This document shows, piece by piece, positions 23,097-28,578 of a DNA stretch of 28,578 nucleotides. The DNA comes from Dimargaris cristalligena (taxonomy: Eukaryota): the NCBI GenBank assembly GCA_003614675.1, contig ML002211.1:62001-90578 (forward strand), read 5' to 3'. Position 1 is the stretch's first letter. Every line of letters starts with the position of its first letter. Below the pieces are notes generated by a model. It did not search any database and was not told where the DNA came from. It saw nothing but the letters and a program-made list of their open reading frames with translations. Position numbers and translations under genes: made by a program.

Positions 23097-24191
23097 GCAA
23101 TAAAACCGGCCGTGGCCATTGGCCGCGCGGCGGTCGACATAGGAATAGTACTTTCTCTGTTATACATTTTAAAAGATTGCCATAGTCACCAGTCCGTTTC
23201 ATTCGTCATGCAACGCCCCTGTCTATGATCCGAGTCTATTTTCCAGGGGGGTATGGGCATAATGATGGGTCGCTGTCATCTGCTTATAGAGCGACGCTTA
23301 CCTAATGCGGCATTGCCAATTTGCAACCAGGGTTTATCCATGGCTAGCTAGCTAGTTGTAGAGTTATGTGGTATAAGGTTATATGTGGTATATTACCTTC
23401 TAAGAAAGCGGAGGGAAGGGGAATGCGGCGGAGGAGGGGGAGGTTGGAGGTGGTGGTGATGGGAGGGGTCACGTTGAAGGAGTAACATGGCAAATATATT
23501 TTCCATCCAATAAAGTTGAATTCTAATCTGAATGAATATTTCCCGCGCCACTCTACAACAGCCCGTCACGGATGGCTGGGCCAGTCGGCCAATAGCACGG
23601 TGTACTGGACCGGTCTATCCTTTACCGAATTTCAAGTGCTGAATCTAGTGGTGGTGCCACTGACGCCACATACCCAACCAACGCACTGGCTCTTATATCA
23701 CATGTGACGACCGCCAATATAATAATTTTACCCAAGGTCATTCACACGCTCATACGAAATCCAGCTGTGCGCTCATTGGCACAGGCCGGCAGATTTATTA
23801 TACCTTCCCGTTAGTGGCAATCGTGGACTGCTGGGTTGGGTGGGTGGATGAAAAAGCAGTCCAATGGCATCCATTTGGTGGACGTGTCTTTTAAATTACC
23901 CACACGTCTTTTGCTACTATGGGCCAAGGTCATTTTATTCCAACCCCCTCTCCCCTATCCGAGGGTGTTCGTATAGCATATTCAACTTAACGGTTGTTAA
24001 ATCACGAGAGCGGAGCGCTGACGTGTTTGAAGATTGGGAGAGAGGGTCAGCAGGATGAAAAATATGGGACGGTGATTTCACCTATCGCCTGGAGTTATTG
24101 GCATGGTGGAGAGTAGTAGAGGGAACATATTCTTAGTGGCCTGACTACACTAAACCTATACAATACACCACCATACAGAGGCACCGGATAC

Positions 24192-24223
24192 GCGGGGTAG
24201 AGGGGGAGATACGTGTATATAAA
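24192..24223 (+). promoter_or_regulatory. Candidate glycerol kinase core promoter: SYGGRG (CreA/Mig1-type) site and TATA box
   Basis: GCGGGG at 24192-24197 and TATATAAA at 24216-24223, followed by a C/T-rich leader to ATG 24654. Confidence 0.4.
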
Positions 24224-24653
24224 CTTGGCCATGTCCCCCCAGAAGGACTCTATCCCATAGTCAGCCCCCATCGCCCCGCATCACCTCTTCCTTTGTTATT
24301 CAGTGTTAACGTGTGGGTCCCGTTGGTTCTTTTAGCTGCCCCGCCCCGCCATTTTAGTCTATTTCGCCTCCCAAGTTTCTCCCAGGCTTGCCTGAAACCC
24401 TGATACTATCACTCAACCTACATAGCCCTTATTTTTACCGTCTCCCTTGGATATATACTGTTCCCAAGCCCTGCCATACTTACTCTGAAACCTTTTACTT
24501 TTGATAGTATTTCCTGTTACTGCTGTTCCTTCTACTCTTGTTACTTGTATACCACCCCCTCTCTGAACTCTCGCTTTTTCCTGTATTGGCCCTTTTATTT
24601 TACCGCCTACTCTCCCCTGTTACTCTAATCCCTCTTTACCTCCCTCTTAAACC

Positions 24654-26562
24654 ATGCCCTCTTTCATCGGTGCCATTGACCAGGGGACTACCTCCTCCCG
24701 CTTCCTCATTTTCGACAAGTCCGGTGTAGTCATCGCCTCCCACCAGCTTGAATTCCCCCAGTACTTTCCTAATGTCGGGTAAGTGGTACTATTGCTCTCG
24801 CTTATTATTAGATATCAGGGTCAGTTGCTCTCTGGTCACACTAGTCACTAAGAAGTGCTTCACTAGACTGGCCAGGAAAGGATTTTCACACTACTCAGAC
24901 TAACTGTGTTACCTTCCTTGCGCCGACCTGGTCACACGGCTAGTAGCCACAGCGGCTATTGACATGTGTGTAAAAGAAGGGTGTTCAAAATCTATTGATC
25001 TCTTTTCGTAGTCGGAAAAAGTAGTGCTGGGCCACATGTCACGTGGCTACCGAAATCGATCTTCTTGGATAACCTATGCAAGTGTATGGAGCGGCCTTAA
25101 CTAACATCTAGTTTGTTATGACTATATTGTTGCCATCGATCATTTCGCGTCATGTATATATAGCTGGGTGGAACAAAACCCCAATGAAATCCTTCAGTCC
25201 GTTACACATGCCGTCGAGAAGACTGTAGCCAAATTCGAGGCCAAGGGCCACAGCGTGGCCGATATCAAGGCCATCGGGATCACTAACCAACGTGAAACCG
25301 CCGTGGCCTGGGACCGTAAGACGGGCCAGCCGCTCTGCAATGCCATCGTGTGGAACGACACCCGTACCAAGGATGTCGTTCACGCCTTGGCCGACTCCCA
25401 TCCCTCCAAGGATGTCAACTGTATCCGTGATATCTGTGGTCTGCCCCTGACGACTTACTTCACCGGTGTCAAGCTCCGCTGGATGTTGGAGAACGTACCC
25501 GCGGTAAAGGAGGCCCAAGACGAAGGTCGCCTGATGGTCGGTACCGTCGACTCGTGGCTCATTTATAACCTGACCGGTGGGGCCACTAATGGTGGTATCC
25601 ACGTCACTGACGTGACTAACGCCAGCCGTACTATGTTGATGAACATCCGCGATCTCAAGTGGAGTGACGAACTCTGCTCGTTCTTCCAAGTATCCCGCGA
25701 GGCCTTGCCCAAGATTGCGTCTTCCTCGGAAGTCTACGGTCATGTGGCCGACGGGCCCCTCAAAGGCGTCCCTATCGCCGGCTGTCTCGGTGACCAACAG
25801 GCCGCTACCGTGGGCCAGAAGTGCTTCAGCCCCGGTGAAGCCAAGAACACCTACGGTACCGGTTGCTTTATGATCTTCAACACCGGCCATGAACTGACCT
25901 TTTCCGACAATGGCCTTCTCTCCACCGTGGCTTACCAACTGGGCCCCGATACCAAGCCCGTCTACGCCCTGGAGGGCTCCATCGCCGTGGCCGGTTCCGC
26001 CATCAAGTGGCTGCGCGATAACATGGGTTTAATTCAGGAAGCCGCCGATATCGGCCGCTATGCCTCCGAGGTCAGCAACACCGGTGGCGTGTATTTCGTC
26101 ACCGCCTTCTCGGGTTTGTTCGCCCCCTACTGGCGTGACGACGCTCGTGGCTGTTTGATTGGCCTCACCCAATACGCCAACCGTAACCACATTTGCCGGG
26201 CCACGCTGGAGGCCATTTGCTTCCAGACCCGCGCTATTTTGGATGCCATGAACGCCGACAGCAAGCAGTCCCTGAGTGTCCTCAAGGTCGACGGCGGTGT
26301 GACCAATTCCGATGTGTGCATGCAGCTCCAGGCCGACATTCTGGGCATCGAAGTCGTGCGCCCGGCTAATATCGAAACTACTGCGCTGGGCGCCGCCTTC
26401 GCCGCCGGTTTGGCCGTTAAGGAGTGGGACAGCATCGATGATATTATCGGTAGCCAGGGCGATGAGAATGTGGTCTTCAAGCCCTCGGTGGATGCCAATG
26501 ACCGGGATGGCCGCTACGCGAAGTGGAATGAAGCCATTAAGCGCAGTTACGGCTGGGCCTAA
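24654..26562 (+). CDS. GUT1: Glycerol kinase (FGGY family); exons 24654-24778 and 25164-26562 (507 aa)
   Basis: Exon 1 (absent from the ORF track) encodes [21 protein letters not shown]. Intron GTAAGT(24779)...TAG(25163) joins GG+C to give G-W-V-E. Motifs [54 protein letters not shown] and LKVDGG. Confidence 0.96.
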
Positions 26563-27305
26563 AATGTAACCCTCCCCCCTCTCTTCACCACTCTGACGAA
26601 GGGAGAGGGTTCCACCGAACTCTCTTCTCTTCCCAACATGTCTTTGTAATAGCAACTACTTGAAGTTCTGCTTTTTTCTTTTGTTTTGCCACTGGCTTTG
26701 GACTTTTTTTAAACAAATAGTCGTAGATATACTGCGTAATTCGGTTTGTTTCAATATGTCTTGAACGCCTTTATTTACTCGCATTCGAGTAGCTAGCCAT
26801 CTTATATCATATTGTATAAATAATTTATGGTTGAAATCCCATATATATCGCTACACATGAAATTGGCCCTACTACTAAAAGTACAGTTTGGTCTATTAAT
26901 GCAACAATTTGCAGAGTCACTCGAAAGACATACGATAAATATCCATATAGGTGGACCATTATATTAAGGCCACGTGACCTTAGGGGGACAAACATAACCT
27001 TCCCCCCCCCTTATATTATCCACCCATCTATTGCCACCAATATAAGCCAAGGAGACTTAGCCTATATTGTGATGGGGTGGGGGTATGTTCAGAAAGGGCA
27101 GGGGCAGTGCTGATACTCAATTGAGTACCAGCCTAGTAGGTGGGGCTATATTTATGCTTATAATTGTGCTAACCCCATAATACAATTATAAGCCCTGTCC
27201 TTTTAAGCTCTGCCCTGTTTATTTTAACTAACTCTTTAGCTAGCTGTTATAAATAAAAAGAAAGGGCACTAAAAGGTGCCACTAAAAGGTAAAAAGGATG
27301 TCAGA

Positions 27306-27631
27306 CCTTCTAATCTACCCTAATCCAGATGCCTTAGTGTCCATCCCTATAAGGCCTTATAGTACTATATTAACCTCCCCATAGTCACCCCTGGTACTAT
27401 GGGATCATCAATATTATGTAACCTCTCCCCTTCCAGACTCTGCCTCTTTGCACTAATTACTTAAGTACTAATATGAAGACTCTTCCAGTTACCATCAGAG
27501 TCTTCCTGACCCTAATGGCCATCCAGTTGGCCTATTTCCCCTATACCTTAGTCTTAGTAGTATCCTTCCCCTGGGGCCTCCCTCTGGAGTTGTCCCCATA
27601 TATATATAACTAGGCCCCTTTTAGGACTAGT
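27306..27631 (+). repeat. Left arm of ~330-bp imperfect inverted repeat
   Basis: Reverse complement of 28081-28391. The core 27356-27407 matches 28289-28340 with 2 mismatches in 52 nt, both transitions. Confidence 0.9.
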
Positions 27632-28080
27632 ATCATGGAGTGGTGGTATTAAGCCACAAAAATGAATAACAAAATATTATCAAAAGGGCAGGGTGGCTTC
27701 TCCAGGTAAACTGATTAGTCCCTCTAATAAAAATTCAATATAAAATACTTTATAATAAAAAAACCAGTTTAAACTAAGTAATAGTAATACCAGTTTGGAA
27801 GCTCAAAAGGACCATTTCCTTAGTGTCACCTGGGTTTACCACTCTTAGCCTATCAAGAGTCCTGGGGGCAGGCTTCTAATGGTAGGCAGGGCTTAGACTC
27901 AGCCAAGTGGGTCCTAGTGTTAGGTGGGGGGGCATAGTACTAACTAATAAAGACTATAAATGCAGAGTCAGGTAAGGGATATGCAATGGGAACACTTACT
28001 AGTCAGTATATGAGGGGGTGAGTATATATAGAGTTTATTGGGGTAAACTAGGGGGGGTAAGAAATAAGCTAAGGAATTGA

Positions 28081-28391
28081 ACCAGTCCCAATAGGGCCTA
28101 GTTATATATATGTGGGGGACAACTCCCAAGGAAGATACTACTAAGACTAAGGTATGATAGATAGACTGACCAGACATCCATGAGGATCTGGAAGACTTGG
28201 GTAGTAACTAGAAGAGTCTTTGGATCAGTACTGGGGTGATTGGTGCAAACTAAGGAGTCTGGAAGGGGAATATTTGTGTTGTATAGGGTGATCCCATAGT
28301 ACCAGGGGTGACCATGGGAAGGTTAATATAGTACTATAAGTCTGAATAGGGACAGACAATTACTATGTCCAGATTAAGTCAGATTAAAAGG
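28081..28391 (-). repeat. Right arm of ~330-bp imperfect inverted repeat
   Basis: Aligns by eye along its whole length to 27306-27631, e.g. atacCTTAGTCTTAGTAGTATC, GGAGTTGTCCCC and TATATATAACTAGGCCC; spacer ~450 bp. Confidence 0.9.
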
Positions 28392-28578
28392 ACCAACACT
28401 TGGCAACTGTAGTGAACTTACCATATTTTTACCTACTTTTATTTTTTATCTATTTTTTACTCTTATTAGAAGTATGCCCCTAACAAGTGAATGAGCCCCT
28501 GCCCCTTGTAAAGAACTGAAATTAAATCCTTGAAAACTGAACTTTATTTGAAAAGATAGATAATAAAAGGGAAAGGTG

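Larger units (their letters stand above)
26975..28578. mobile_element. Degenerate, CpG-free repeat or transposon-relic block (runs off the window end)
   Basis: No CG dinucleotide found by manual scan after 26973-26974, TpA-rich, no credible ORF, and it contains a long inverted repeat. The transposon origin is inferred; no transposase is visible. Confidence 0.6.

Noticed and set aside
23106-23135. GC-rich stem-loop just after the Ecm33-like stop codon, resembling a terminator
   Set aside because: Eukaryotic context, no U-tract and an imperfect stem; AATAAA at 23099-23104 better explains 3' end formation.
25150-26655. Minus-strand ORFs of 262 and 208 aa over glycerol kinase
   Set aside because: Same antisense shadow effect as for chitin synthase.
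27968-28177. 69-aa minus-strand ORF in the terminal repeat block
   Set aside because: It overlaps a mutated repeat arm and has no transposase or reverse transcriptase motifs.

Overview
Eukaryotic (fungal) genomic DNA with GT-AG introns; an early-diverging lineage such as Zoopagomycota is a guess only. Seven protein-coding genes are supported: PUS1-type tRNA pseudouridine synthase (+), a 78-aa secreted Cys-rich peptide (+), an intronless class IV (Chs3-like) chitin synthase (-), two tandem paralogous Zn(II)2Cys6 transcription factors (+), an Ecm33/Sps2-like GPI-anchored L-domain protein (+) and glycerol kinase (+). Three signals stand out. (1) Both transcription factors need a hidden, conserved 13-nt micro-exon (A-L-G-[I/K]-R) to stay in frame, and skipping it gives an almost immediate stop. 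(2) The last ~1.6 kb has no CpG that I could find and holds a ~330-bp inverted repeat whose arms differ at reciprocal CpA/TpG sites, a signature of repeat-targeted CpG hypermutation (methylation- or RIP-like). (3) The orphan defensin-like secreted peptide. No tRNA, rRNA or CRISPR array was recognised.
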